A DNA stretch of 64,000 nucleotides, taken from an uncultured Thermoplasmata archaeon (lineage in GTDB: Archaea; Thermoplasmatota; Thermoplasmata; Halarchaeoplasmatales; Halarchaeoplasmataceae). The stretch covers positions 3,021 through 67,020 of the forward strand of contig CAZEXI010000003.1 in NCBI GenBank assembly GCA_964516805.1. Direction: 5' to 3'. The position numbers were made by a program, and so were the translations under genes. The notes under the pieces are model-generated. The model was given only the letters and a program-made list of their open reading frames with translations. It was not told the origin of the DNA and ran no database searches. Below are positions 1-10,649 of the stretch, piece by piece; positions within the stretch are counted from its first letter, which is position 1, and each line of letters begins with the position of its first letter.

Positions 1-390
1 GGCTATGCATCATGTCCTTGTAGACAAGCTAGCGGAATCAAAAGGTATGATGTAGACATAATTTGTCCTTGCGAATATAGGGATGCTGATGTCAATGAAC
101 ACGGTATGTGTTACTGCGGTTTATTTGTATCTGAAGAACTTAAAAAAGATCCTACAAAGATGGGGTCAATTCCAGAAAGAAGACCTTCAGAAATAATAGA
201 AGCAGGTATGGAAGCAAAAGAAGAAGGAAAACAAATTAAAAAAGAAGCAAACAGTAAAACAGAAAAAGATAATATCAAGGTCTGGCGATGCAGTGTTTGT
301 GGATACCTAGCTGCTAGGGAAAATCCACCTCCTGTATGTCCAATATGTAAAGCCAAATCTGAAAGGTTTGGGGAATTCAAATTTGGATAG
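1..390 (+). CDS. Ferredoxin:thioredoxin-reductase-like catalytic domain fused to a C-terminal rubredoxin-type domain (5' end cut by window edge)
   Basis: Frame 1 is open from base 1: GYASCPCRQ...IICPCEY...GMCYCGLF (cysteine pairs as in FTR catalytic-subunit-like proteins). A K/E-rich linker follows, then WRCSVCGY...PPVCPICKA rubredoxin knuckles. Confidence 0.6.
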   Translation, partial: GYASCPCRQASGIKRYDVDIICPCEYRDADVNEHGMCYCGLFVSEELKKDPTKMGSIPERRPSEIIEAGMEAKEEGKQIKKEANSKTEKDNIKVWRCSVCGYLAARENPPPVCPICKAKSERFGEFKFG

Positions 391-420
391 GTTTATAAAA
401 TAAAACATGATTCATTTTCT

Positions 421-1233
421 ATGATGGTAAGCAACAGAGATATAACAGAGTTAGAAATGTTCTGTAAAGAGGAATATAAAGAAGCAAATAGTGTTATTCA
501 TAGATGGGGACATATATCTCGAGTTGCTGATGGTGCTAGGTGGTTTGTTAAAGTAAGAAACGGATCAAAAGAAGACCAGAAATTGGCTTATGTTGCTGGT
601 CTACTACACGATTTTGTCAGACCAATCACAGAAGAAAGATGCCATGCAGAAGCCAGTGCAGAATCAGCAGAAGAGATTTTATCAGTTTACAATTTTAATA
701 AAAACAATATATCAAAGATATGCAAAGCAATAAAGGACCATAGAAACCCACCCAAAAATTGGGATTCCATATTACATCAGTCTGTGTATCTCGCTGATAA
801 AATATTCGAACATATGGGAGCTTATCTAGATTTTAGAGCTTGTTTGTGGGCAGGGGAGCTTTCTAAAACAGATTATAAAGGTCTCGAACCAGTAGAAGCA
901 GTTTTAACCTATTATGATAAAGCTTCAGATAAATTCTTGGAAAGAGACTTTCCTGAGTTTACAGAACCTATCGTTTCTTACCAACGACGTTGGAATGAGA
1001 GATTTCACGAAGAACTAATCCAGGAGAGATCTTGGGCTGAGGACATGTCAACTAGACTTTTCAGAAAGGGTAAAGAAAAGGCTGATTTTGATAAAGTTCT
1101 GAAAAATTTTGAAACAAATTATCCTGAGCAAGAAAAATGGAAAAACGAAATGTTATCCTATATAGATTCAGAGCTGACCTCAAGTATATTTAATATTATC
1201 ATCAATAAATCAAGATCAGCAGCTAAATTCTAA
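421..1233 (+). CDS. HD-domain metal-dependent phosphohydrolase
   Basis: RWGHISRV...GLLHDFVRP is an H...HD signature. 270-aa ORF. Confidence 0.6.
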   Translation: MMVSNRDITELEMFCKEEYKEANSVIHRWGHISRVADGARWFVKVRNGSKEDQKLAYVAGLLHDFVRPITEERCHAEASAESAEEILSVYNFNKNNISKICKAIKDHRNPPKNWDSILHQSVYLADKIFEHMGAYLDFRACLWAGELSKTDYKGLEPVEAVLTYYDKASDKFLERDFPEFTEPIVSYQRRWNERFHEELIQERSWAEDMSTRLFRKGKEKADFDKVLKNFETNYPEQEKWKNEMLSYIDSELTSSIFNIIINKSRSAAKF

Positions 1234-1713
1234 ACCTCCATCATCATCTAGAACCACTCTCTTAGTTCCTTTCATGCTGATATTGATGTATTTTTTACCC
1301 TGTGACCTTTCTGAAAAAATATCAACGATTTCTTCCAAATCTATCACCGCTCTGTTAGATACTAATAAGTCATTATCGACTCTATGAAAGCTTTTACGGA
1401 TAAATTTTCTTGCCTCTTCTCTTTCTAATTTTTGTACTCTCTCATCAGGATGACCATTTTCATCTATAGTAATCTTCCAAATATCTCCATCTTCAGAGGA
1501 TATACCAAACTTACCACCCAATATTGGTTTAAACTTTCCGTTATCTAATATTTCATTTAGAATTTCACCAATTCTTTCATCTAATTTTGAATCAGTCAAA
1601 TTTTTACCAGTATTTCTGAACTCAAGTACTCCTTCTTTCTCCCAAAATTTATACTTCCATGCGGTATTCCTTAATTCTCTATCCATTGTATTCAAAATCT
1701 CATTTAATTCCAT
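1216..1713 (-). CDS. Hypothetical protein
   Basis: Clean 165-aa ORF with no recognisable motifs. Co-directional with 1787-2086. Confidence 0.4.
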   Translation of the reverse strand: MELNEILNTMDRELRNTAWKYKFWEKEGVLEFRNTGKNLTDSKLDERIGEILNEILDNGKFKPILGGKFGISSEDGDIWKITIDENGHPDERVQKLEREEARKFIRKSFHRVDNDLLVSNRAVIDLEEIVDIFSERSQGKKYINISMKGTKRVVLDDDGGLEFSC

Positions 1714-1786
1714 GATAAGACCTCATAGTGTAATATTATAAGATAAACAACACCTTGATAAGTTTAATTATTTTTATAAAAAACTA

Positions 1787-2086
1787 TTATTTGTACTCGA
1801 TTTCTTCTATAGTATTCTCTATCAAATCTTTCCACTCATCATGCTGATATTTTGTCTTTAGTAATTGATTCCTTTGCTCTTCTGAAACTGATCTATCCTC
1901 AAGTTGAGATTCGAGTTGCTTGATTTTTATCTTTCTTCTTTCTTTCTCTAACCTTAAGTTATTTAAAGCCTCTTCGAAGGTCATATCTATACCGGGTAAT
2001 TCATCTTCTTTATCCTTATTTTGAAATATTTTTCGCATTATCCTTATCAGTTCGAGCTCATCCGAAGGTATACTATCGACCCTCAT
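1787..2086 (-). CDS. Hypothetical coiled-coil protein
   Basis: 99-aa ORF with charged heptad-like sequence (LRLEKERRKIKIKQLESQLE). Confidence 0.35.
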   Translation of the reverse strand: MRVDSIPSDELELIRIMRKIFQNKDKEDELPGIDMTFEEALNNLRLEKERRKIKIKQLESQLEDRSVSEEQRNQLLKTKYQHDEWKDLIENTIEEIEYK

Positions 2087-2357
2087 CTCTAATAACGTAT
2101 AAAAATGATATATAATTTTCGTTAAATGGAATTGAAATATCGTTTAATTTGCTTAATTTAAATCATTTATTTTTATTATATTTATTAATATGATTAAGGA
2201 GAAGTTCAGTTATGATAAATAAAATAACATACATTCACTTTAACTGAACGTTTTAACCAAAAACAATATATGTTATAATGATTATCATATAAATATACTT
2301 AAAGGGTTATAATCATCAGCTATTAGAAATACCCAGTTAGTACTTAGGAGGGAGCAG

Positions 2358-2786
2358 ATGTATCTTGACACTGATATTACTATGGCTTTGATAGGTCTTG
2401 ACGATATTCTACTTGGTAAATTAGAGTTAGATAACAGGGAAAACTTAAAGACCTCTATCATGACAGTATTTGAAATCAAAGATATCGTTTCAGAGATGGA
2501 TTCTGATCTAGAGCTTCGAGAGATATATAAAAAGATTCAAAATGAGAATATAGAACTTCTTCCATTCACATCAGAAATTCTAAAATTGGCAATAAAATTG
2601 TTAGATGAATATAATGAACTTATATTATTTGACACACAACATGCTATAAATGCAGCACACTGTATACACATTAATGAAACAATATTATCCACTGATACAT
2701 TATACAAAAAAATAGGAGATTTAAAACTCAAAAATCCAATAAAATTACAAAATCAAGAAGATTTTTTTCTCATGTGTGAAGAGTAG
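2358..2786 (+). CDS. PIN-domain (VapC-like) protein
   Basis: GGAGGG SD 5 nt upstream. The acidic PIN series is present in order: YLDTD, VFEI, LFDTQHAINAAH, LSTD. Confidence 0.6.
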   Translation: MYLDTDITMALIGLDDILLGKLELDNRENLKTSIMTVFEIKDIVSEMDSDLELREIYKKIQNENIELLPFTSEILKLAIKLLDEYNELILFDTQHAINAAHCIHINETILSTDTLYKKIGDLKLKNPIKLQNQEDFFLMCEE

Positions 2787-2896
2787 TAGAGTTAAAATTT
2801 TATTCGAAATATATTGATAGATGGCAATAAAGAATATATACCTATGAAGATTAATTTATTCATATAGTAGGACTTGTCTTAAAAGAAGGAATGTTC

Positions 2897-3283
2897 ATGT
2901 ATTTAGCTATAGATGTAATAATGGCCATGATAGAAGATGAAGACTGGTTCATTAAAGAAGTAGACCATTCAAAAATTAAAAATCCAAAAACTTCTGTTAT
3001 GACAGTATTTGAAATTTTAAAAATTAATTCAGAAATAGGTATAAATCATTCAGATTTATTATCAAAATTAAACAAAAATAATATTGAAATCATATCTTTT
3101 ACACCTGAAATGACTGAAACAGTTCAATCTATTTTAAGTAAATACTCAGACCTTTTTGATATTGGATCTTTAAATTCCATACATATCGCTCATTCATTGT
3201 CATTAAACGAACCAATTGTTTCAACAAATCCTGTTTATGATTATCTCAATGAAATAGAACATATCGACCCTAGGAAATTATAA
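2897..3283 (+). CDS. PIN-like paralog of 2358-2786 with altered acidic residues
   Basis: Shares MYL..D, TS(I/V)MTVFEI, LFD and IxSTx with the upstream gene, but has YLAID and STN where the neighbour has YLDTD and STD. The start at the second ATG fits the AAGGA spacing. Confidence 0.5.
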   Translation: MYLAIDVIMAMIEDEDWFIKEVDHSKIKNPKTSVMTVFEILKINSEIGINHSDLLSKLNKNNIEIISFTPEMTETVQSILSKYSDLFDIGSLNSIHIAHSLSLNEPIVSTNPVYDYLNEIEHIDPRKL

Positions 3284-3345
3284 AAAAAGACCCGTTCTTG
3301 TTTAATCAAAAAGTTAAAACAGCTAGTCGTAGATAATCTATTTAC

Positions 3346-3747
3346 ATGAATGAGATAATACTATTAGTACTCTCATCTTTGCTCATGTTTGTATTACATG
3401 AGGTTTTTCATTACCTTTCACTGATTTTACTTCAAGTTGAATTCAAATTATTTTATATTTCAAAAAAAGGAATCGGTTTTATCGTAGATAACCAATACAT
3501 GAGATATGATAATAAATTACTTTTTTTCTTTTTATTCCCTACAGTACTTTCTCTTTCGGTCCTAATCGATCCATATTCAAGATTTTTGATATTTTTTAGC
3601 ATCTTGAATCTACTCTGGAGTCTGTCAGATATCGGTACCGTTTCTAAGATAAGAAAAAAACCTCCCCAGAGAAGGATCGATTGGGCAAACGAATGGGACA
3701 GGGAATCATTAGAAAATTCCTTTTTTACTGTAACAATAAAATTTTAA
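3346..3747 (+). CDS. Small polytopic membrane protein with HExxH motif (DUF3267-like putative zincin)
   Basis: HEVFH sits inside the first hydrophobic helix, and at least three hydrophobic segments are present. Confidence 0.45.
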   Translation: MNEIILLVLSSLLMFVLHEVFHYLSLILLQVEFKLFYISKKGIGFIVDNQYMRYDNKLLFFFLFPTVLSLSVLIDPYSRFLIFFSILNLLWSLSDIGTVSKIRKKPPQRRIDWANEWDRESLENSFFTVTIKF

Positions 3748-4076
3748 TCTGCTATATCATTTATTTTAGATGCCATGATAAAATCGTTTTCAGAGAGTCC
3801 ATCTATAGCGTGAGTTGTTAATTTTAATTCCACCGTATTCCATGATATTTTGATATCAGGATGATGACCTTCACTATCAGCAAGATCAGCAACCTTATTT
3901 ACAAATTTCATCGATTCATTAAAATTTTTAAATTTGAACGTTCTCTCGATTTTATGCAATCCTTCTCTATCAAGTTTCCATTCTTCTAAATCTCTCATGT
4001 ATCTATCTTCTTCAACCTTTGTTAAAGGAGGTTCACCACCTTCACAAGGTACACAGTGCTTATTTTTTAATTCCAT
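3744..4076 (-). CDS. Pterin-4a-carbinolamine dehydratase (PCD/DCoH)
   Basis: CVPCEGG N-terminus and EGHHPDIKISWNTVELKLTTH core motif. Start moved to the internal Met (MELKNKHC). Confidence 0.8.
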   Translation of the reverse strand: MELKNKHCVPCEGGEPPLTKVEEDRYMRDLEEWKLDREGLHKIERTFKFKNFNESMKFVNKVADLADSEGHHPDIKISWNTVELKLTTHAIDGLSENDFIMASKINDIAD

Positions 4077-4202
4077 ATCATCACCAAATAAACCAATAAA
4101 ATTAATAGATATAAAACTAACTAAGTTCAAACCTAAAAATAATTAAACAGAGATTGGAGAGTTTTACTCTCCATCCTTTTAAATGGATTAACATTCTCCG
4201 AT

Positions 4203-4481
4203 TTATTCCTTCTTCATCGTAATCTCAATAGAGGAAACATTTGTTGAACCAGATCCATCCTCGTTTTCTATCTTTTCTGTATCTGTTATTATTTCAGTTA
4301 TCTCGGCCTCTTCCATAAATCTATTTCTAGTTATTTCTGCTACATCGACTGCTTTACTTATTGCTCTACCTCTGGCTTTTATCACTACTTCATCACTACC
4401 ACTGTTAAACTGGGTTAACAATGCCATCACATAGTTCATAGTTTCCTTCTTTCCAATAAAGATTGTATTCTCTTCACTCAT
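4203..4481 (-). CDS. albA: DNA/RNA-binding protein Alba
   Basis: IFIGKK..MNYV....[24 protein letters not shown] is the classic Alba sequence. 92 aa. Confidence 0.9.
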   Translation of the reverse strand: MSEENTIFIGKKETMNYVMALLTQFNSGSDEVVIKARGRAISKAVDVAEITRNRFMEEAEITEIITDTEKIENEDGSGSTNVSSIEITMKKE

Positions 4482-4569
4482 TGTATCAACCTCATTTTCA
4501 CGTTTTTTAACGTAATTTAAACATATAAACGGTCGTATTTACTATTTTAGGTAAGAACCAACTTGCAAG

Positions 4570-5805
4570 TTAACTATCGAAGATATAAAATGTTATAAGT
4601 CCAAAGATAGCAATAAGCGATAACGAGAGCAAGCCTATGTTATATGATGCTGTTAATGCAACAACACCTCCCACCAAAACTGGACCCAATACTCCTACAC
4701 CGTTTCCTATACCGTTCATCAAACCTGTTGCTGAACCGATGGTGTTATTGGGCACCTTTTGTTGCAGCATAGTAAAAAATAAAGGAGGAGCCATCTGACC
4801 AAAAAGAAACACGAAAAATAAAATTAAGATGGCATAATTTACATTAGGCATAGGAAATATAGTTAACATACCTATCATCAGAGCACTCATGAAAAGCGAT
4901 GACATTATTATCTTTTTAGTGTGGCCTTTAGTATCGCTAACCCATGACCCTATAACCATACCAACAACCGCTCCTACATACGGTATCGCTGCTCTGTAAG
5001 ACATCTCGCTGATATTCAAACCATGTACTTCTATGAGATAAGTAGGGATCCATAAGCTGACACCCCACCAAACTGTTGTAACTGCAGTGAACCCAATCAA
5101 TACAACTTGAAAATCCCTATCTTTTGCTAAATTGATCAATGATTTTTTAATATCAAGATCTCTTTTTTCATCTTTATTAAATTTAATACTTCGATTTGGA
5201 CTGTCTCTGATAAATAATAAGACAGGTATACTTAAAATAAATCCTGTCAAAGCAACTATATAAAACGAAAATTGCCAGGTTTGAAAAATGATCAAAGGGG
5301 ACATTAAAATTGGTGCGATTGCTACGCCTACAGGACCTCCACTCATAAAAACTGAATTTGCTCTACCTCTTTTAGATTCTTTAAACCAACCCGCTGTTAC
5401 TTTATTTGCTACTGGGAACAATACACCCTGGGCCAAGCCTAAAAGTAATCTAGAAAATAATAATATCCAGTAGTTTCCACCAAAATATGCTCCTATAAAG
5501 ATAGCTGAAGACCAACCCGATATCGAAATTGCTAACATTATTTTCGTTCCGTATTTGTCAATATTAGGGCTGAAAAATATGTTAGAAAATCCATAGCTAA
5601 CCAGAAATATACCTAACAAAACTCCTCCCAAACTACCCTGCTGAGAAGAAGACCAACCCATGTCAGATGCTATATTATCTAATGCTACAGAAGTACTCAT
5701 CCTTCCTATATAACCCATAACTATAGATAAGAACAATAAAAATAAAATGAACGATTTATATTTTCGGGAAAGGTCGAATCCAAAATTTCTTATGTCAAAT
5801 TTCAT
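4570..5805 (-). CDS. MFS transporter (anion:cation symporter-like)
   Basis: 411 aa with about 12 hydrophobic segments and the loop motif GRMSTSVALDNIASDMGWS...DKYGTK. Confidence 0.75.
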   Translation of the reverse strand: MKFDIRNFGFDLSRKYKSFILFLLFLSIVMGYIGRMSTSVALDNIASDMGWSSSQQGSLGGVLLGIFLVSYGFSNIFFSPNIDKYGTKIMLAISISGWSSAIFIGAYFGGNYWILLFSRLLLGLAQGVLFPVANKVTAGWFKESKRGRANSVFMSGGPVGVAIAPILMSPLIIFQTWQFSFYIVALTGFILSIPVLLFIRDSPNRSIKFNKDEKRDLDIKKSLINLAKDRDFQVVLIGFTAVTTVWWGVSLWIPTYLIEVHGLNISEMSYRAAIPYVGAVVGMVIGSWVSDTKGHTKKIIMSSLFMSALMIGMLTIFPMPNVNYAILILFFVFLFGQMAPPLFFTMLQQKVPNNTIGSATGLMNGIGNGVGVLGPVLVGGVVALTASYNIGLLSLSLIAIFGLITFYIFDS

Positions 5806-5880
5806 TATGTTCTAGATGGACTATAGAAGCAACTTGATTAAATTTTTGGAATGATATCAACCAATATAAAGACAATGATT

Positions 5881-5918
5881 CTGGGAAGCCCAGACATTAA
5901 TTAGTCCAGACTTCCCAG
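5881..5918. repeat. Inverted repeat CTGGGAAG-N22-CTTCCCAG with internal direct repeat CCAGAC x2
   Basis: Read directly. It lies in the divergent MFS/ROK intergenic region, inside a locally GC-richer patch. Confidence 0.5.
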
Positions 5919-6195
5919 GTAACCATCCTCCCTCCCCTTTGATGATACTAGAATAGTGGTTTATTATTGAACTACTCATATTAATTAGTAGTCTGCCATT
6001 TTTCATTATACTTGTTCGCTTGTCCGTAAATACAAGAAATGTGAAACTAAGATATATAATTTACGATTTAAAATACTTTAATTAACATAAGGATTAATTA
6101 AAAACATTAAATTTTTTTAAAAACTATTGATACGAATAACTCTTTTTCCACTATTATATCACAAAATATTATACTGCCTTAAACAATTGATAACT

Positions 6196-7056
6196 ATGGG
6201 CAGTCTTTGTATAGATATGGGCGCCACAAAAGTATATCTTGGGATAGCTGATGTAGAGTTCATAGACATTATAAAAAAAGATACTAAAGAATTTTTAGAG
6301 AATTCAAATAACATATTGAAGAACATCAAAAAGGATTATAATATAGAAAATACCGCTATTGCGTTGCCAGGACCATTGGACTTAAAAAATGATCTTATTT
6401 TTCCCCCTAATATCCAAAGCCAGAAGATCGATATTAAAGACTTATTTAAAGATAATTTCTTCAATCCTAAACTGATAAATGACTGTCATGCCGGAGTGAT
6501 AGGAGAATATCTTTACGGGGAAAACAAATCTGATGATATCGTTTACTTAACCATCAGCACAGGTATTGGTGCTGGTGTGATATCGTCAGGGGATCTGATC
6601 AAAGGTTGGGATGGTAATTTTGCGGAAGTGGGGCATATGTTGATAGGTGGAGATAGACTATGTGGTTGCGGGGGAAAGGGTCATTGGGAGGCTTACTGCT
6701 CAGGAAATAACCTCATCGAATTTGCAGAGAAAATAACCAAAGAATCCTTCAAAAATCCAGAACAACTATTCAAGGAATTCAAAAAAGGAAATAAAAAAGC
6801 TGTTAAAGTTATAAAAAAATTTCAAAAGATCAATGCCAAAGGAATATCAAATATTATCAATTTATACAATCCTGAAATTATCATTATTGGGGGAAGTATC
6901 GCAGTTAACAATCCAGAAGCGATTATCGGTGATAATATGAACGTTATAAATGAAAATATAGTAAATCCAATGCCAAAGATCAAATTTACATCCCTAGGTA
7001 ATTACTCCGTCCTACATGGATTAAGAGCGATTTGTAGAGGTCAATTTGACTATTAG
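6196..7056 (+). CDS. ROK-family sugar kinase (glucokinase-like, no HTH domain)
   Basis: LCIDMGATK N-terminal ATP-binding motif and CGCGGKGHWEAYCSG ROK zinc motif. Start moved to the internal ATG. Confidence 0.75.
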   Translation: MGSLCIDMGATKVYLGIADVEFIDIIKKDTKEFLENSNNILKNIKKDYNIENTAIALPGPLDLKNDLIFPPNIQSQKIDIKDLFKDNFFNPKLINDCHAGVIGEYLYGENKSDDIVYLTISTGIGAGVISSGDLIKGWDGNFAEVGHMLIGGDRLCGCGGKGHWEAYCSGNNLIEFAEKITKESFKNPEQLFKEFKKGNKKAVKVIKKFQKINAKGISNIINLYNPEIIIIGGSIAVNNPEAIIGDNMNVINENIVNPMPKIKFTSLGNYSVLHGLRAICRGQFDY

Positions 7057-7072
7057 TAATAAATAAATAAAT

Positions 7073-7792
7073 TTATCCTTCTTTTTCCACTCCATATATT
7101 GTGCCGCATTCTACACATCCAAAATATTCCTTAGATATCCTCTTAGTTTTCACAGATTCACATTCTGGACATATGATATCATCACCCCTGATTATCCTGG
7201 ACAGATCCCACCCTCTATAATAATTACTTCCGGATCTTAATTTAGGATAATCATACTGGAGCCAGTCGACCTCAATATTGTACTGTATAAAAGGCATAGA
7301 CTTTTTATGGGATACCGGTAGAAGTGACCTTATAAGATCAGAATTCTTATTGATTATATAATTAGCTAGTATATCACTAATACCATTATGTTTCCACCAA
7401 GTGTTCAACCTGTGGCTATTGATATTATCCTCCATGGTCAAATTATGGTCAATTATAGGTTCAGACCAATTTATGACGCCATACAAAGGATTGACTATCA
7501 AAACTTCTTTTTTGTTATCTTTATTTAAATCATTCCATATATCGCTGTCCAATTGGCTGTAAAGCTTTCCTTGATATATTTTGCAAGCTGGTATCTTATC
7601 TTCATTATCTTTTAGATTAATATTAAAAGATTCAGCGACTTCTTTCTGTAAGCTATTTAATTTTTCTCTGTATTCTTCATCTAATCCTTCTGTGAAGGTC
7701 TTATCACAGCTAACGATATCTTCAAATTTAGAATTAAATCCTTTTTTACATGAACACGGAATCAGTATGAGTTCATTCAATATATCACCCAA
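7073..7792 (-). CDS. YaaA/DUF328-superfamily-like protein with C-terminal C4 zinc ribbon
   Basis: TTG start. The motif order parallels E. coli YaaA: LIPCSCKK (cf ISPAKT), KIYQGKLYSQL, NPLYGVINWSEPIIDHNLTME (cf [20 protein letters not shown]), TWWKHNGISDIL. It ends CPEC...CVEC. Confidence 0.45.
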   Translation of the reverse strand: MGDILNELILIPCSCKKGFNSKFEDIVSCDKTFTEGLDEEYREKLNSLQKEVAESFNINLKDNEDKIPACKIYQGKLYSQLDSDIWNDLNKDNKKEVLIVNPLYGVINWSEPIIDHNLTMEDNINSHRLNTWWKHNGISDILANYIINKNSDLIRSLLPVSHKKSMPFIQYNIEVDWLQYDYPKLRSGSNYYRGWDLSRIIRGDDIICPECESVKTKRISKEYFGCVECGTIYGVEKEG

Positions 7793-7965
7793 TAATTAAG
7801 AGGAAAGATCTTGCATAGCTATGATCTAACCACTTCCTCCGATTAAAAGAATCTTCTTTTGATATATATCTTTTTTCCTGATTAACCAAAAATGAAACTA
7901 AACTAAAATAGAAAAAATAAAATAACCTATATTATTTACTCCTACATCAGGGTAAGGTTATCTGT

Positions 7966-8913
7966 ATGAATAAAGAAAGTCTTATAAAAGCAAAAGAGGT
8001 ACAAGTTAAATATGGACACATAATCGGGTTAGACCAATTTACTGCAGATATACCTAAAGGTATAATAGGTTTGCTTGGTCCGAATGGGGCTGGAAAAAGC
8101 ACTTTTATAAAATCACTTCTTGGATTAGTAGAAAGAGACTCAGGTTCTATTAATATTAAGGGACTAGACCCTGAAAGTGAATTGACTAAGATCAGAGATA
8201 TAATAGGATACATGCCTGAACACGAATGTCTGATCGACCAAATGAATTCAGTTCAACTTGTATCTTATATGGCCCAGATATCTGGTCTAAGGGAAAATAG
8301 AGCGGTACAAAGAACACACGAAACATTGGATTTTGTAGGTCTAGATGAGGAAAGATATAGAGAAATATCCTCATACTCTACTGGAATGAAACAAAGGGTA
8401 AAATTAGCACAAGCGATTGTCCACGATCCTGAAATACTATTCCTAGATGAACCCACAAATGGTATGGATCCCGAAGGAAGAGAAGAGATGTTATCTTTGA
8501 TCAAGAAAATTGGGGAGTCTGGAAAAACAATAATTGTTTGTTCTCATATCTTAAATGAAGTTGAAAAAGTAAGCGATTATATATTCATAATTAGCAATGG
8601 AAAAAAACTGTTAGAAGGTCCAATAGAAACTCTAATCAAAGGAGATGAAGGTAGGATAAGGATCAAAGCAAGAGGTAAAATTGAAGATTTGAAAGATTTT
8701 ACTAATAAACTAAATGAAAAATATACCATCTCATCTACACAATACGAAGGACAACAACTAGAATTCATAGCAGAAGGAGTTAAAGAAAACGACCATATTT
8801 TTCAAGCTGCTGACGCTTCAAATGTACAATTAAGATCACTCAGGAAACACAAAATTACACTAGAGGACGTTTTCATCGATGCATTCGAAAGGGGGGAGTT
8901 AAATGGGGATTAA
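7966..8913 (+). CDS. ABC transporter ATP-binding protein
   Basis: Walker A GPNGAGKST, signature YSTGMKQR, Walker B LFLDEPTNGMD. Confidence 0.9.
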   Translation: MNKESLIKAKEVQVKYGHIIGLDQFTADIPKGIIGLLGPNGAGKSTFIKSLLGLVERDSGSINIKGLDPESELTKIRDIIGYMPEHECLIDQMNSVQLVSYMAQISGLRENRAVQRTHETLDFVGLDEERYREISSYSTGMKQRVKLAQAIVHDPEILFLDEPTNGMDPEGREEMLSLIKKIGESGKTIIVCSHILNEVEKVSDYIFIISNGKKLLEGPIETLIKGDEGRIRIKARGKIEDLKDFTNKLNEKYTISSTQYEGQQLEFIAEGVKENDHIFQAADASNVQLRSLRKHKITLEDVFIDAFERGELNGD

Positions 8914-9724
8914 ACCTATAGAATATAAGCCATGGCAGGGAAAAAGAACCAATCATATTAAGAGAATTTTTGTGATAATTAAAAACATATTCAAAAATAA
9001 GATCAGTTCAAAAGGTATTATCGCCCTACTTATCATAGGTAGTGTGCTTGTTCATTTTCCTAACTTTTTAAATCTTGTTTTTATGCCAGTTGAAGAACTA
9101 AAGGCAGGAATGATGATCAACTATTTTGATAGTTTTATGTTCTATATCTTCGTTATAATTTTAGCTGCAATAGTTACCTCTGACCTTATCTCAGATGATA
9201 TCAACAGTAATTCATTTGTACTCTATTTCTCTAGGCCAATAAGACCTATCGATTATTTATTTGGTAAATATAGCGGAGCTTTTCTGATTATCAGCCTTTT
9301 CAGCTTAATCCCACCGTTCTTATACGGAATAGCAGCGATTTCACTTCAGACAGGAAGTAATTATATGAACAGTGCTGAAGTATTAGGTTCAACTATCTTA
9401 GCTGGTATTCTCTACTCTATCGTTATAACAGGATATGGTATAATGTTATCTTCCTTTACAGAAAAAAAATCTTATGCTGGTGGTGGAACTTTTATTTCAT
9501 TCATAGTAACTCCTTCTATAGGAGAGATATTTTCAAATTTTAATTACAATTGGAAGTTGGTAAATCCTATGAATTTACTGAATTATTCTTTGAGGATTAT
9601 TTACGGTAAAGATCTTCCAAGCAGAATAAATTCTACATTATTCGGTGTGTTGATGATATTGCTTATAACTCTACCAGTATTGGTCTCATTATACAGAATA
9701 CATCACAAGGCGGTGGGAAAATGA
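8903..9724 (+). CDS. ABC-2-type transporter permease
   Basis: 273 aa with about 6 hydrophobic segments. Overlaps the flanking ATPase genes. Confidence 0.7.
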   Translation: MGIKPIEYKPWQGKRTNHIKRIFVIIKNIFKNKISSKGIIALLIIGSVLVHFPNFLNLVFMPVEELKAGMMINYFDSFMFYIFVIILAAIVTSDLISDDINSNSFVLYFSRPIRPIDYLFGKYSGAFLIISLFSLIPPFLYGIAAISLQTGSNYMNSAEVLGSTILAGILYSIVITGYGIMLSSFTEKKSYAGGGTFISFIVTPSIGEIFSNFNYNWKLVNPMNLLNYSLRIIYGKDLPSRINSTLFGVLMILLITLPVLVSLYRIHHKAVGK

Positions 9725-10647
9725 ATGATGTTATCAATACTCATGAGCTCTCTAAATGGTATGATGACGTTATTGGATTGAATTCAATGGATCTGGAAGT
9801 AAAACCAGGTATAACTGGTATTGTAGGTCCAAATGGTGCAGGAAAAAGTACTTTTTTCAAACTTGTTATGGGCTTGTTAAAACCAAGTATGGGAGATATC
9901 CTTGTTTTCGGAGAGGATCCTTGGCAAAATAATAAGATTCACAAAAAAATGGGTTTCTGTCCAGATTATGAAAGCCTTCCACCTAGAGCAACCGGTTATG
10001 AGTATTTAAAGTTGATAGGGTCTATGCAGTGCATAAAAAATACTATTCTAGAAAAAAGGATAGCAGAAGTTTCCAACGTTGTTGAAATGAAGAAAGACCT
10101 AGATAGAAAGATAGAAGGTTACAGTAAAGGTATGAAGCAGAGAATAAAAATCGCAGGGGCTTTAATACACGATCCAGAACTCCTTTTATTAGATGAACCT
10201 TTATCGGGGACCGATCCTTTAGTCAGAAAGGATCTGATCTCTTTAATCAAATCACTTTATCATGAACATGGACACAATATTTTGGTCAGTTCTCATGTAT
10301 TATATGAAATAGAAAGATTAACACAAGATATCGCGTTAATGTATAAAGGAAGAACTGTCGCTACTGGAAACATATCTGAGATCAGAGACCTAATAGATGA
10401 GCATCCACATAACATTTTCATCGAAGGAAATGGTCTCAAGGAGTTAGCTAAAAAACTAATCGATGTAGAACTCGTATCTTCGATAAATTTCAAGAACAAT
10501 AATGAATTGATAACGGAAGTGGAGGATCCAAACGAATTTTTCGATAAAATACCATCTTTGATTCTAAATTCTGATTGTAAAATTGATACTATTTACAGTA
10601 TGGATGACAATCTAGAAGCTGTGTTTAAATATATAGTGGAGGGATAA
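9721..10647 (+). CDS. ABC transporter ATP-binding protein (second copy)
   Basis: Walker A GPNGAGKST, signature YSKGMKQR, Walker B LLLDEPLSGTD. Confidence 0.9.
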   Translation: MNDVINTHELSKWYDDVIGLNSMDLEVKPGITGIVGPNGAGKSTFFKLVMGLLKPSMGDILVFGEDPWQNNKIHKKMGFCPDYESLPPRATGYEYLKLIGSMQCIKNTILEKRIAEVSNVVEMKKDLDRKIEGYSKGMKQRIKIAGALIHDPELLLLDEPLSGTDPLVRKDLISLIKSLYHEHGHNILVSSHVLYEIERLTQDIALMYKGRTVATGNISEIRDLIDEHPHNIFIEGNGLKELAKKLIDVELVSSINFKNNNELITEVEDPNEFFDKIPSLILNSDCKIDTIYSMDDNLEAVFKYIVEG

Positions 10648-10649
10648 AA